In this document: positions 49,326-61,155 of the stretch, in pieces
How the letters are laid out: every line of letters begins with the position of its first letter
How positions within the stretch are numbered: position 1 is the first letter of the stretch
Assembly (NCBI GenBank): GCA_038087875.1
Contig: CM075995.1
Coordinates: 1,924,001 to 1,988,000 of the forward strand
DNA from: Malacoraja senta
Taxonomy: Eukaryota
DNA length: 64,000 nucleotides
Reading direction: 5' to 3'
Position numbers and translations under genes: made by a program
The notes under the pieces: generated by a model
Seen by the model: the letters and a program-made list of their open reading frames with translations, nothing else
The model's database searches: none
Told to the model about the DNA's origin: nothing

Positions 49326-50437
49326 AAAACAGTATTCATAAGATCAGCCCTGATATTAGTTTGGAAGACATGCGCCAATTTTAATGGGCTTCAAACAATT
49401 ATGCACACACACACACATATTTTGCACTTAACAACCAGTAACAGTCTACAACTGCAGATGCTGGTTTAAACCGAAGATATACACAAAAAGCTGGAGTAAC
49501 TCAATAAGAGATTCTGCCTGTTCCGCTGAGTTACTCCAGCTTTTTGTGTCTATCTACAGTCTACAATTGGCTGGATGTTTGAGATAAGGATTCAAAGCCA
49601 ATATTTTTAGGCCAAGATATGCTGCAGATAGACACAAAAAGCTGGAGTAACTCAGCAGGACAGGCAGCATCTCTGGAGAGAAGGAATGGGTGACGTTTCA
49701 GATCGAGGCCCTTCTTCAGACTGAGGGATATTCTGCTTCAACTTGAGTTCAGCTTGAGGGAATTTCATATTTCCTGGTTCTTCATGTAATTCTTGTTCCA
49801 CAAATATTATTAGAGAATCGAAGAATGTAACATGATGCTTACAAGGATTAATTCTCTTGAAGCATATTGTATGTGCCTTTAGCAGTTAGGACTCAGTTTC
49901 TTCACACCAGTGGCATTTATCTTAATTGACACCATTTATGCATGTGGAATTTTAACTAGTAGTCTGCAAAGACACTTTTAATACATTAGATGGAATTGAT
50001 TTTTCCCTGGGTCTAATTCAAACATTAGAACCAGGTTAAAATCGGCCAGAGCAAAGCGGAATTATATTTATTTAGTAATTATATTTAGTAATATAATAAT
50101 AATAATAATAATAGATTTTATTTATATAGCGCTTTTCAGGACTCAAAGTCGCTTTACAATTGAGAGTCAGGAATAAACAAAACAAAATAGAGCAGTAAGA
50201 CACAGGAGCCATCCGATCATAGCTGATCAATTTTTCCCTCTCAACCCCATTCTCCTGCCTTCTCCACGTAAACTTTGATGTCCTTAAAAAAAATTAAAAA
50301 ATCAATATTTATTTTTAAAATTGGATCAGGAAAGCAGCCAAAGTTGAGGAATACAAAGGTTATTAGGTAAAGGGAAACTAAGATGTCCAAGCATTGTCAA
50401 CCCTTGCTCCTTAAGCACAATCGGTTTGAAGCCTGTT

Positions 50438-50735
50438 AGGGTGGCACAGTGGCGCAGCAGTAGAGCTGCCTTACAGCACCAGAAACCCGGGTTCAATCCT
50501 GACAACGGGTGTTGTCTGTATGGAGAATGTACGTCCTCCCTGTGACCCTGTGGGTTTTCTCCGGGCGCTCCAGTTTCCTCCCACACTCCAAAGACGTACA
50601 GGATTGTAGGTTAATTAGTTTTAGTAAAAAGTGTAATTTGCCCCAAGTGTGTAGTGTTCGGGGAACGCTGGTCAGCGCGGACCCGGGGGGGGGGGGTGAA
50701 AGGCCTGTTTCTGCACTGTATCTCTAGAGTCTAAA
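50438..50735 (+). mobile_element. V-SINE (HE1-like)
   Basis: Head, V-domain and tail present. Confidence 0.85.
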
Positions 50736-51522
50736 AGTCAGTTATGGAAATCTCCACTCAATTACTTATATAATAAAGAATGGCAGTCTTGATTAAAATT
50801 TTACTTAACACATTTCTTAAACATTTTTCCAGCAATAATAACTCTACATGTCCAAAAATGTTTGCAAAATCAAAGTGCCTTAAAAACAATAAAACACTGG
50901 CCTAAGTTTTTAGCAGATACATTCAGGGAAGTCACTTTTCAGTGAAGTATCATGCACGAAATAATGTAGGACACAGTTCTTTGTTTCCGCGCTGTATCTC
51001 TAAACTAAACTGAACTAAATGAAAGAAACAGTTTTCAATTGGCAGGATTAGGTAAAAGTTTGCACAACGTGCCATACTGAAACCAATTTATATTTATATT
51101 GACACAAAGCATATTGCAGGAGCATAATCCACCTGCTAAGGTGTTCTGATCCAATCCTATTTGTACCGAGTATCCGAAATTACTCTTTAAAAAGAGGGCA
51201 TGTAAGAACTGCATACTTGGGTCGGTTCCAGATCCACCTATGGGGTAAGAACCAGGCTGCAAACAGCAGCTGTTTATTTGCGCCAAGGTACAGCAGGTGC
51301 TGTACAAAAGTACGAGGCAATCGCACACCTGCCACTTTGACCAGTGCACAGGTAAATCAGTATATCTCGACCTTTGTTTGCCTGTCAGCAGTGCCAGATG
51401 TTCAGCGAAACATGAGCACAGCCATTCCTGCCCGTACTGGCTCAAACTCTGATAAGATTACAAAGTGATTGAATGCATCTGACGACTCTTACAGCTGCGT
51501 GGACTGAAAGACTTAAATCAAC

Positions 51523-52075
51523 CGGCACGGTGGCGCAGCGGTAGAGTTGCTGCATTACAGTGCTCACGACCCCAGAGACACCGAGTTCGATCCTGGCCAC
51601 TGGTGCCTGTCTGTACGGAGATTGTTCGTTCTCCCCGTGACAGCGAGAGTCTTCCCCGAGAACTTCGGTTTCCTCCCACACTCCAAAGACGTAAGTTAAT
51701 TGGCTTGGTATAAATGAAAACATTGCCCTTACAATTTTTGCCCCAACAAAGTGTAGGAGGGTGTTAATGTGCGGGGAGCGCTGATCGGTGCGGACTCGGT
51801 GGGCCGAAGGGCCTGTTCCCGCGCTGTATCTCTAAACTAAACCATCCTACCACAACCAGCGAACTGTCCTAAACTACTATCGACCTCGTTGGGGACCCTC
51901 GGACTATCTTTGATCGGACTTTACCTTGCACTAAACGTTATTTACTTGTCTTGTATCTGTACACTGTAAATGGGTCGATTGTAATCATTTATTGTCTTTC
52001 AGCAGGCTGGATAGCACCCAACAAAAGCTTCTCACTGTACCTCGGTACACGTGACAATAAACTAAACTGAACTGA
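51523..52075 (+). mobile_element. V-SINE (51523-51842) followed by a Rex1-like 3' UTR
   Basis: SINE consensus, then ggactatctttgatcggact...gtgacaataaactaaactga. Confidence 0.8.
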
Positions 52076-52374
52076 GCGGCAACGTGAACTCTTCACACCC
52101 GTAAAGTGGTGGACATATTTGGGCATGGGAGGCAGCTGCCGAGAACTAAGCGGGACCCGACTGGGGATGAAGAAGGTGTGAGTATTGTGTATTTTGTAAG
52201 CCAAAAAAAAAGAATTTCACTGTACCGTGCTGGGTACAAGTGACATTAAAGTAGTATCATCATCATCATCATCATTATATTTAAGACGCTGAAGATTTCT
52301 ACAGTAACACCTAACATACAAACAGATCACAGTCTTGTGCATGATTCATCAATTAAGACAGTCCTTTTTTATCT

Positions 52375-52965
52375 GTGAAGCTGAAAGGGTGCAGAGGACA
52401 TTTAGGAGGATGTTGCCAGGACTCGAGGGCCTGTTTCAGTTTAGTTTATTGTCACATGTACCGAGGTACAGTGAAAACCCGTCAGCAGAAAGACAATGCA
52501 TGATTAAAATTTGAGCCATTAACAGTGTACAGCCTGAGCTCTTGGGAGAGGTTGAGCAGACGGACTCTATTCCTTGGAGCGCAGGAAGACGAGGGGTGAT
52601 CTTATAGAGGTGTAGAAAATCATGAGAGGAATAGATCAAGTAGATGAACAAAGACTCCTGCCGAGAGAAGGTGAATCGAGAACATAGAGAACGTAGATTT
52701 AAGGTCAGGGAGGAATGATTGAATACGATCCTGAGGGGTAACTTTTTCACACAAAGGGTGGTGGGTGTATGGAACAAGCTGCCAGAGAAGATAGTTTAGG
52801 CAGGGACTATCACAGCGTTTAAGAAACATTTGGACAGGTAGACGGATAGGACAGATTTAGAGGGATATGGGCCAAACGCAGCCAGTGTAGATGGGGCATG
52901 TTGGTCAGGGTGGGCAGGTTGGACCGAAAGGCCAGTTTCCACGCTGTAAGACGCGATGACTCTAA
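52375..52965 (+). mobile_element. CR1-like LINE 3' end with a nested Rex1-like tail
   Basis: gctgaaagggtgcagaggacatttaggaggatgttgccagg...tttagagggatatgggccaaacgc. Confidence 0.8.
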
Positions 52966-53469
52966 ATAACACCAACTTTGCAAAAGGGAAAATTTATACT
53001 TAACAGCACAACCTGCGGCTGGAGAGTCTCTCGGCAGATTTTGGACACGTGAAATTTATAGGTTTACCTCACTGACAAGTGTTAATGCTACATAAAATAT
53101 TCAACCTCAATGTTTGAAAAATGCTTTTCAGAGAAAGTATTTGAATAAACCTTCGGCTAAAAGTGTTAACATTCCTCGGAATGGACTTTTTTGAACCCGT
53201 TGCCCTTTTCGACAGAGGAAAAAAAAGATTCAGAAACAAGATTTTACCAGTTTGCGGGCAGATTGCCAAAAACAAGTACTTGGTTTACTAAACATATTTC
53301 CAGACAAGCAGATTGTCAACACAGTGAAAAAAGTTGCTTAATCACTGTGCGATGTTCTGAAAGCCCCGACCCTTGAAAAAATGCAGCTTCTCAGCTATTT
53401 GCCTCTCTGAATGAGTCAAAGTTTGGCCACGGCGCCTTGGATATCACACCAAGTAACAGTTACTCAAAA

Positions 53470-53785
53470 TTAGTTTAGTTTAGTTTATTTTAGTTTAGAG
53501 ATACACCAGGGAAACAGGCCCTTCGGCCCATGGTGTCCGCGCCGACCAGCAATCCCCGCACACTAACACTATCCTGCACACACTAGGGACAATTTACATT
53601 TATACTGAGCCAATTAAGCTATTAACCTGTACGTCTTTGGAGTGTGGGAGGAAACCGGAGAACCTCAGAGAAAACCCACGCAGCTCACGGGGAGAACGGA
53701 CAAACTCCGTAAAGACAAGCACGCATAGTGAAGATCGAACCCGGGTCTGTGGCGCGATAAGGCGGCAACTCTACCATGCCGCCCT
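53470..53785 (-). mobile_element. V-SINE (HE1-like)
   Basis: Reverse-complement consensus with (tttag)n tail. Confidence 0.85.
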
Positions 53786-53941
53786 GTCAGAGAAAATTAA
53801 AAGCAAAATAATTACACTGATTTTAAATAGCCAGGTTGGGAAAAGGAAAGTGCGATCTCTTCAGTATTTGATGATTTTATCCTTTTAAACAGGATTATTC
53901 ATGTTTTAAATACAGATTTGGATAACAAAGGGAAGAATTAG

Positions 53942-54151
53942 TGTAAGATGGAACTGCAGATGCTGGTGTACACCGACGATAGGTACAAAGTGCTGGAGTA
54001 ACTCAGGAAGTCATGCAGCATCTGATGAGAAAAGGAATAGGTGACGTTTCAGGTCGAAACCCAATTCCTATACCTAAACCTGTCACCTATTCCTTATCTC
54101 CAGAGATGCTGCCTGACCCGCTGAGTTACACCAGCAGGTTGTGTCTATAAG
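53942..54151. mobile_element. Older Penelope-like fold-back insert
   Basis: Long end left, short end right; TSD GGGAAGAATTAG at 53930-53941 and 54152-54163. Confidence 0.78.
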
Positions 54152-54849
54152 GGGAAGAATTAGAATGTTCACTGTAGTCAATGGGGCCTTGTTAGTATCT
54201 TCTTCCTTTTAGTAATGTTATTTACAAAACTTAGTCAGATGTGACACAAATTAAAAAAAAGGCCTCACTACTGTCACTGAATTACTGCATTTTCATACAA
54301 GCTATAATTTTTTTTTTAAAGAGCAGTTTTCCTGTTCTAAAACAGTAGAGGTTATAACAGTATTGTAAAACAAATATTTCAAACCAATAAATCTACATGC
54401 ATTCGATACATCACCCACTTGTTTTCATAAGTTGTGATATAATAAAGTAATATCCGTTCACTAAAAACAGTTCTCTTTGTGTGACAATATTCGCCGGTAA
54501 GGTACACCAGCACCTCTAAGAAGTTAAAAGCTAGATTTTCACATATTTAGGATTTGTTATATTACAGAATGATTATTGAAGTTTAATAAATAAAAAGTAT
54601 TAACTAAATTAGGCAGGCAGTCCCTTAAACAGCTTTGATGTGTAGGAAGGAACTGCAGATGCTGGTTTATAGATAAAGTCTGAAGAAGGTTTCCAACCTG
54701 AAACGTCACCTATTCCTTTCCTCCAGTGATGCTGCCTGACACGCTGAATTACTCCAGCATTTTGTGTCTATCTTCTTTAAACAGTTTAAGCAGCTTGTAG
54801 GACGATGATCCACCATGGGCATGAACAGCAAGGAACGATATGTTAACCA

Positions 54850-55270
54850 GCACATTTTTGTCTTCTCTCCTCACCTTGGAGGACCTACACAGTTCCCACT
54901 GTCTCAAAAAATCCCAGAAGATCATAAAGGACATTTTCCACCCCGGTCACTCCCTGTTTGAACTGCTGCCGTCAGGCAGACGGTACAGATCAATGAGGAC
55001 AAGGACAAACAGACTCAAAAACAGTTTTTATCCCACAGCAATAACTACACTTAATGTAGCCACCAAATGAGTGCAGGTGTGCTACACACCAAAGGGACTG
55101 TGAAATCGACAGAAGAATGTGTTTTTTTTCATGTTATTTATTTTAGTTGTTTATCTTAGACTTTTGCTCTTAGAAAATGTGTGAATGGTGCACTGACTGG
55201 TTGGCATTTTTAATTTCGTTGTACATGTTTACATGTTATAATGACAATAAAGTATTCATTCATTCATTCA
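54850..55270 (+). mobile_element. Rex1/Babar-like LINE 3' end
   Basis: ORF LTLEDLHSSHCLKKSQKIIKDIFHPGHSLFELLPSGRRYRSMRTRTNRLKNSFYPTAITTLN; tail gacaataaag(tattcat)n. Confidence 0.85.
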
Positions 55271-55894
55271 TCATCTACCCCATTGAGGACATTGGACTTT
55301 GGGGCTACTGACGAACTGATGCGGGCTACAGCATTGAGAACTACACTCTGTATCTTCCCCTTTGCTTTACCTATTGTACTTGAGTTTGAATAGGTTGTAT
55401 CTATGCGTGGTATATCTGATCTGTTTGGACAACTTGCAAAACAAATCTTTTCATTGCACCTCGGTACATGTGACAATTATAAACCTAAACCCTAAACCTA
55501 AGCCCGACAAGAAAAGCACTGCTTGTAACTAAATTGATCTGCCTATCGTAAAATGGCCTATTGCAAAGATAAGAGTATTATTAATGAACGGATTAATTAT
55601 TCAACCAAGGCCTTCTTTTCAATGTTCAGTTTTGATGTTTTGCAATGGAAGATGGTTGCAAGGAGCGCTTCACCTGAAGTTTGTGAATAGCAGATAAGCT
55701 GTCTGGAAAAATTTGTAAGTGCTGTATGTTGATCACAAGCTGGTGAACAATATGGCCATTATGTCCTGCTCTTAACAGAACTCATACCACCTGCCACTAA
55801 ATTGTGACGCCGTGCTCAATTATATATAATTAAGCACCGCATTGATTCCCTATACAAATATTCCCCGTGGAAACTTAACATTTCTGTCACGCTT

Positions 55895-56785
55895 TTAGTT
55901 TAGTTTAGTCTACAGATACAGCGCGAAAACAGGCCATTTGGCCCACTGAGTCTACACCGACCAGCAATCCCGGCACATTAACACTATCTTGCACACACTG
56001 GGGACAATTTACAATTGTACCAAGCCAATTAACCTACAAACCTGTATGTCTTTGGAGTGTGGGAGGAAACCGAAGATCTCGGAGAAAACCCACGCGGTCA
56101 TGGGAAGAACGTACAAACTCCGTACAGACAGGCCCCGTACACAGGATCGAATCTGGGTCCCTGGCGCAGTAAGGCAGCAACTCTACTGCTGTGCCACCAT
56201 GCCGCCTGTTTGATCATAATCATAATCATACTTTATTAGCCAAGTATGTTTTGCAACATACGAGGAATTTGATTTGCCAGACAGCCATACCAAAAAAAGC
56301 AACAGAGCACACAAAATACATTTTAACATGAACATCCACCACAGTGACTCCTTTGCATTCCTCACTGTGATGGAAGGCGAAAAAAAGTTCAATCTCTCTC
56401 TTCTTTATCCTCCAGCGGTCGGGGACCTCTAACTTTCCGTTGATAGGACGATCTTACTCCCGTAGCCGGCGGCGGGCCTCCTCCTTGGGGCGGTCAAGCT
56501 CCTGCATTGGGGGGGGGAATCTTTGCCTACCCCCCTGCGCCGGGCGATCTACCCCGGGTCGAGGCTAGTCGAACGTCGTGCGGCTTTTGGAGCTCCCGAT
56601 GTCGTTCTCAACCCGAGACTGCGAGCTCCTTGATGTTAAAGTTGGAGCGTCGATCCCAGGCAAGGAATCGACTCCGAAGTCCACGGGGCTCAAAGTCAGT
56701 CCCGAGCAAGGCCTCCAGCTCCACGATGTTAGACCGCAGAGCGACCGGAGACATGATCCGGAAAACGATCGCATTTCCGGCAAGA
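55895..56785 (-). mobile_element. V-SINE (55895-56207) adjacent to a family-A CpG-rich retroposon (56211-56785)
   Basis: SINE consensus; the second element is the reverse complement of 2192-2728. Confidence 0.8.
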
Positions 56786-57244
56786 TTAACCCTAATCAAC
56801 TGCAAAACCCAAGAGAAACTGGGCCATTCGTGTAAAGGCAACAGCACCAATATATTCTAGATACCTAGTGATTAAGCAAATTATCAAATGCACCTGATTC
56901 TATGCATTATTCTGAATTGGAAGATTTTGCCTGATTTCTGATTCTGAAATGTAAACTAAGTTTACACATACTTTGTAATACAACAGATGATTATTAGGAA
57001 GCAAGCTTAATTTATTCATAGCTGTTCAACTACAACACAATAAATCCCAAGTAAAGACAAGGTAACATGTTAGATAATAAGTATACCTTTGACACCATCT
57101 GCTGGCAATGTAATATTCAATGAATCACTAAGCAATAATTTTTTTACACAATACTATTTACCACCCAAGACAAAATTCCATATTTGTGTTCATATCAGTT
57201 TAGTTTATTGTCACGTGAACTGAGGTACTGTGAAAAGGTACTGA

Positions 57245-57540
57245 GGCCACTGTTTAAGAATAAGGAGTAAGCCATTTAGAATGGAGATGAGGAAACACTT
57301 TTTCTCACAGAGAGTGGTGAGTCTGTGGAATTCTCTGCCTCAGAGGGCGGTGGAGGCAGGTTCTCTGGATGCTTTCAAGAGAGAGCTAGATAGGGCTCAT
57401 AAAAATAGCGGAGTCAGGGGATATGGGGAGAAGGCAGGAACGGGGTACTGATTGGGGATGATCAGCCATGCTCACATTGAATGGCGGTGCTGGCTCGAAG
57501 GGCCGAATGGCCTACTCCTGCACCTATTGTCTATTGTCTA
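57245..57540 (+). mobile_element. Young CR1-like 3' end nested in a Rex1-like 3' UTR
   Basis: Near-identical to 32070-32272 and to the reverse complement of 34584-34830; (ctattgt)n tail. Confidence 0.85.
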
Positions 57541-57839
57541 AAAGCTTTTGTTGCATGCTATCCAGTCAGCAGAGAGACAATACATGATTACAATCGAGCC
57601 ATTTACAGTGTATGGAGACATGATATGGGAATGGCTTTTAGTGCAAGATAAAGCCAGCACAGTTTGGTAAGAGTAGAGATTTAAAAGTGTGGAGCAATTG
57701 TTGATTTGCTTCTGTGCACAAATAGTCGCCTGGGTTGGGCATCAGGTTAACACATTTAGCTTGTCATCAACCTATCTACAAGTTAACTTCATGCCATCAC
57801 AGAATTATTTTTTTTTAAAACTTTTTAGTTTAAGTTTTG

Positions 57840-58145
57840 ATTTTAGAGATACAGCGTGGAAACAGGCCCTTCGGCCTATCGAGTCGGCGCCGACCAGCAA
57901 TCCCCGCATATTAATACTATCCTACACACACTAGGGACAATTTTTCCCATTTACCAAGCCAATTAACCTACAAACCTGTACGTCTTTGGAGTGTGGGAGG
58001 AAACCGAAGATCTCGGAGAAAACCCACGCAGGTCACGGGGAGAATGTACAAACTCCGTACAGACAGCTCCTGTAGTCGGGATCGAATCCGGATCTCCGGT
58101 ACTGTAAGAGCAGTAAGGCAGCAACTCTACCGCTGCGGCACCGTG
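57840..58145 (-). mobile_element. V-SINE (HE1-like)
   Basis: Full reverse-complement consensus. Confidence 0.85.
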
Positions 58146-58849
58146 TTTGCCATTTATCGTATTATAATTCACTCTGGTAACTAATGTACAATGATGTTAA
58201 ACTATATTCTGTTCTCTGGTATTTTTCTCTTTGCACAACCTGTTGCCTTGCGTATGGCCTGATTGTACATTGTATAGTATGATTTGATTTGACTGGTTAG
58301 CATGCAAACAACAGCCTGTATTTCAGTGGACATGTTAATAATAAATCAATTCAAAGCAGTCCCCCCCCCCACCCTCACCCCCACTGCCCCCCCCAACCTG
58401 GACTCACTGCTAATTCTCCCTTCCCCCTCCAACGACATTCCTTCCTCTAGCTTCACAATTCGCTACTCTTCAATCCTTTAGTCTCACACCTTCTAGCTTT
58501 TCAATTCTGGCCTTTGTCCAAACATGTGCCGATCAAAAAATGACTTTGCCTGTATTCACCTATTAAGTGCCATGATTTGTCCTGCCCCTCCTCCCTTCCA
58601 GCTTTCTTGACCCCCAAACCCCCCATCCCACCCATTACAATGAGTCTGAAAAAGGGTCCCAAACCAAAACATCACCTGTCCATGTTCTCCAAGGAACCTG
58701 CCTAACCCGCTGAGTTACTCCAGCATTTTGCTTCCTGATCTGCCACTGTCTGCATTTCTAAAAGAGAAACCAAAAATTGCCGGACTACTCAACAGGTCGG
58801 GCAGCATCTACAGAGAGCAGAACAGGGTTCACATTTTATTTCTATAGTG

Positions 58850-59059
58850 TAGATATACACAAAATGCTGGAGTGACTCAGCAGGACAGGCAGCCTGAAGA
58901 AGGGTCTCGACCCGAAACGTCCTCAGTCTGAAGAATGGGTCTCGACCCGAAACGTCACCCATTCCTTCTCTCCAGAGATGCTGCCTGTCCTGCTGAGATA
59001 CTCCAGCATTTTGTGTCTATCTTCGGTTTAAACCAGCATCTGCAGTTCCTTCCTACACA
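58850..59059. mobile_element. Older Penelope-like fold-back insert with two tandem hammerhead cores
   Basis: Cores at 58894-58921 and 58928-58956; flanked by a duplicated tttctatagt. Confidence 0.8.
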
Positions 59060-59509
59060 TTTCTATAGTATGTTGCTTTGTGATCCCCACATCAATTTGA
59101 ATGTTTGCTGTCTATAAACAGCGATTCTGCTCTCTGGTTATTCTCAAGTGCATTTTGACTGCAGCTCCAGATATCTTGTTTTTTCATTTCCCACCTCAGA
59201 CCCATTCGTTCTGCCCCTCAGTCATATTTACTTTCAGTTCTGGTACTGTGCTCAAGTGAATCTTGCATTGTTGATTTTCCCAGGGGATAACACCACCATT
59301 TCCTTCTGATGCTCATTCTCTGTGGACCTCTTCAAGGCAATTTTCACTCTCTCCAAGCAAGCAGCAAGAAGTTCCTTTTGCCATATTACTTACGTCTGCA
59401 CCAAATTAACTCTTCGATCCTGGCCCAAAGATGCCCTATTACTTCGATATATTTTTGCACCCTCAGATCAATGTCCTGTTAGTGCAATATGATCTTTCAA
59501 TAATTTTGT

Positions 59510-60200
59510 TTAGTTTATTGTCATGTGGACCATGGTTCAGTGAAAAGCTTTTGTTGCGTGCTAACCAGTCAGTATAAAGACTATACATGATTACAATCGG
59601 GCTGTCCACAGTATACAGATACATGGTAAAGGGAATAACGTTTAGTGCAAGATGATGTCCAGTAAAGTCGGTTTAAAGATAGTCCGAGGGTCTCCAATGA
59701 GGTAGATGGTAGCTCACGACTGCTCTCTAGTTGTTGATAGGATGGTTCAGTTGCCTGATAACAACTGGGAAGAAACTGTCTCTGAATCTGGAGGTGTGCG
59801 TTTTCATACTTCTGTACCTATTGCCTAATGGGAGCTGGTGGCCTTGTCAAAGCAGTGTGAAGTATAAATGGGGTCAATAGAAGGGAGGTTGGTTTGTGTG
59901 ATGGTCTGTGTTATGTTCACTATTCTCTGCAATTTCCTACAGTTTTAGATGGTTCCCAAACCAAGCTGTGATGCATCCCGATAAAATGCTTTCCGTGGCG
60001 CACTTTCCGTAGAAGTTGGTGAGAGTTGTAGGGTGGACAAAAGTGCTGGAGAAACTCAGCGGGTGCAGCAGCGTCTCTGGAGCGAGGGAAATAGGCAACG
60101 TTTCGGGCCGAAACCCTTCTTCAGACTCAGAGAGTTGTAGGGGATGTGCCAAACTTACTAAGCCTTCTAAGAAAATCGAGGCATTGCTGTGTTTTCTTGG
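59510..60200 (-). mobile_element. Rex1/Babar-like LINE fragment with a nested young Penelope-like insert (60034-60129)
   Basis: TTLTNFYGKCATESILSGCITAWFGN motif; insert flanked by the 13-bp TSD GAGAGTTGTAGGG; hammerhead core at 60097-60124 (minus). Confidence 0.8.
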
Positions 60201-60856
60201 CCATTACTTCAGTATTTACATTTAACCTGCAAGCAAACTCAATGCCAAAAGAAAATAAATCAGTACAACAAAAAGTTAGTACACCGTAGGTTATTTTTCA
60301 TAAAACAAAATGTCAGCAGAGAGGAGAGATAAAACCTAAAGGTCATAAACATAAGATAGACACAAAAAACTGAAGTAACTCAGCAGGTCCGACAGCATTT
60401 CTGGAGAAAAGGAATAGGTGACGTTTTAGGTCGAGACCTTTCTTCAGAACATAAGACAAACTGATCAATCCAATGGGTACTTCAGAAACAATTCCACTAC
60501 CTAGAGATTAGATTTGAAAAACGCTACCAGAGAGAACAGATGAGGTAAATAGAATAGATGTTTTACCAGGAATCTAGATAGATATTTGATGATGATGTAA
60601 ATATGTTAAGAGTAAAAAGATTGGGAAGAAACCAATTGAAGTGCATGTTTTTCCCGAAACAACTGGCTGACACTTACGTAAAGTTTAAAATGTATAAATT
60701 TAGCGAATAAATACCACTTAAAAATCTCGACCACCACAATATTCAGAGTGAATATAGGCCTTTACTACTGTCCAACACAGTCAATTATACATTTTAAGAC
60801 ATCTGTATATAACATGACTTGCATATTAAATTCCTGCTCTGAAATGGCAGTCTTTC

Positions 60857-61155
60857 TTTAGTTTAGTTTATTTAGCGATACAGCTTGGACACAGGCCCTT
60901 CGTCCACCTAGTCCATTCCGACCATCGATCACCCATTCCCACCAGTTCCATGTTATCCCACTTTCACATCCAACCCCCTACGCACCTGGGTCAATTAACC
61001 TACAAACCCGCACGTCTTTGGGATGTGAAAGGAAACTGGAGCACCCAGTGGAAACTTAGGTGGTCACAGGGAGAACGTGCAAACTCCACACAGACAGCAG
61101 CCAAGGTCAGGATCAAACCCGGGTCTCTGGCGCTGTGAGGCAGCAACTCTACCGG
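60857..61155 (-). mobile_element. V-SINE (HE1-like)
   Basis: Reverse-complement consensus. Confidence 0.8.
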
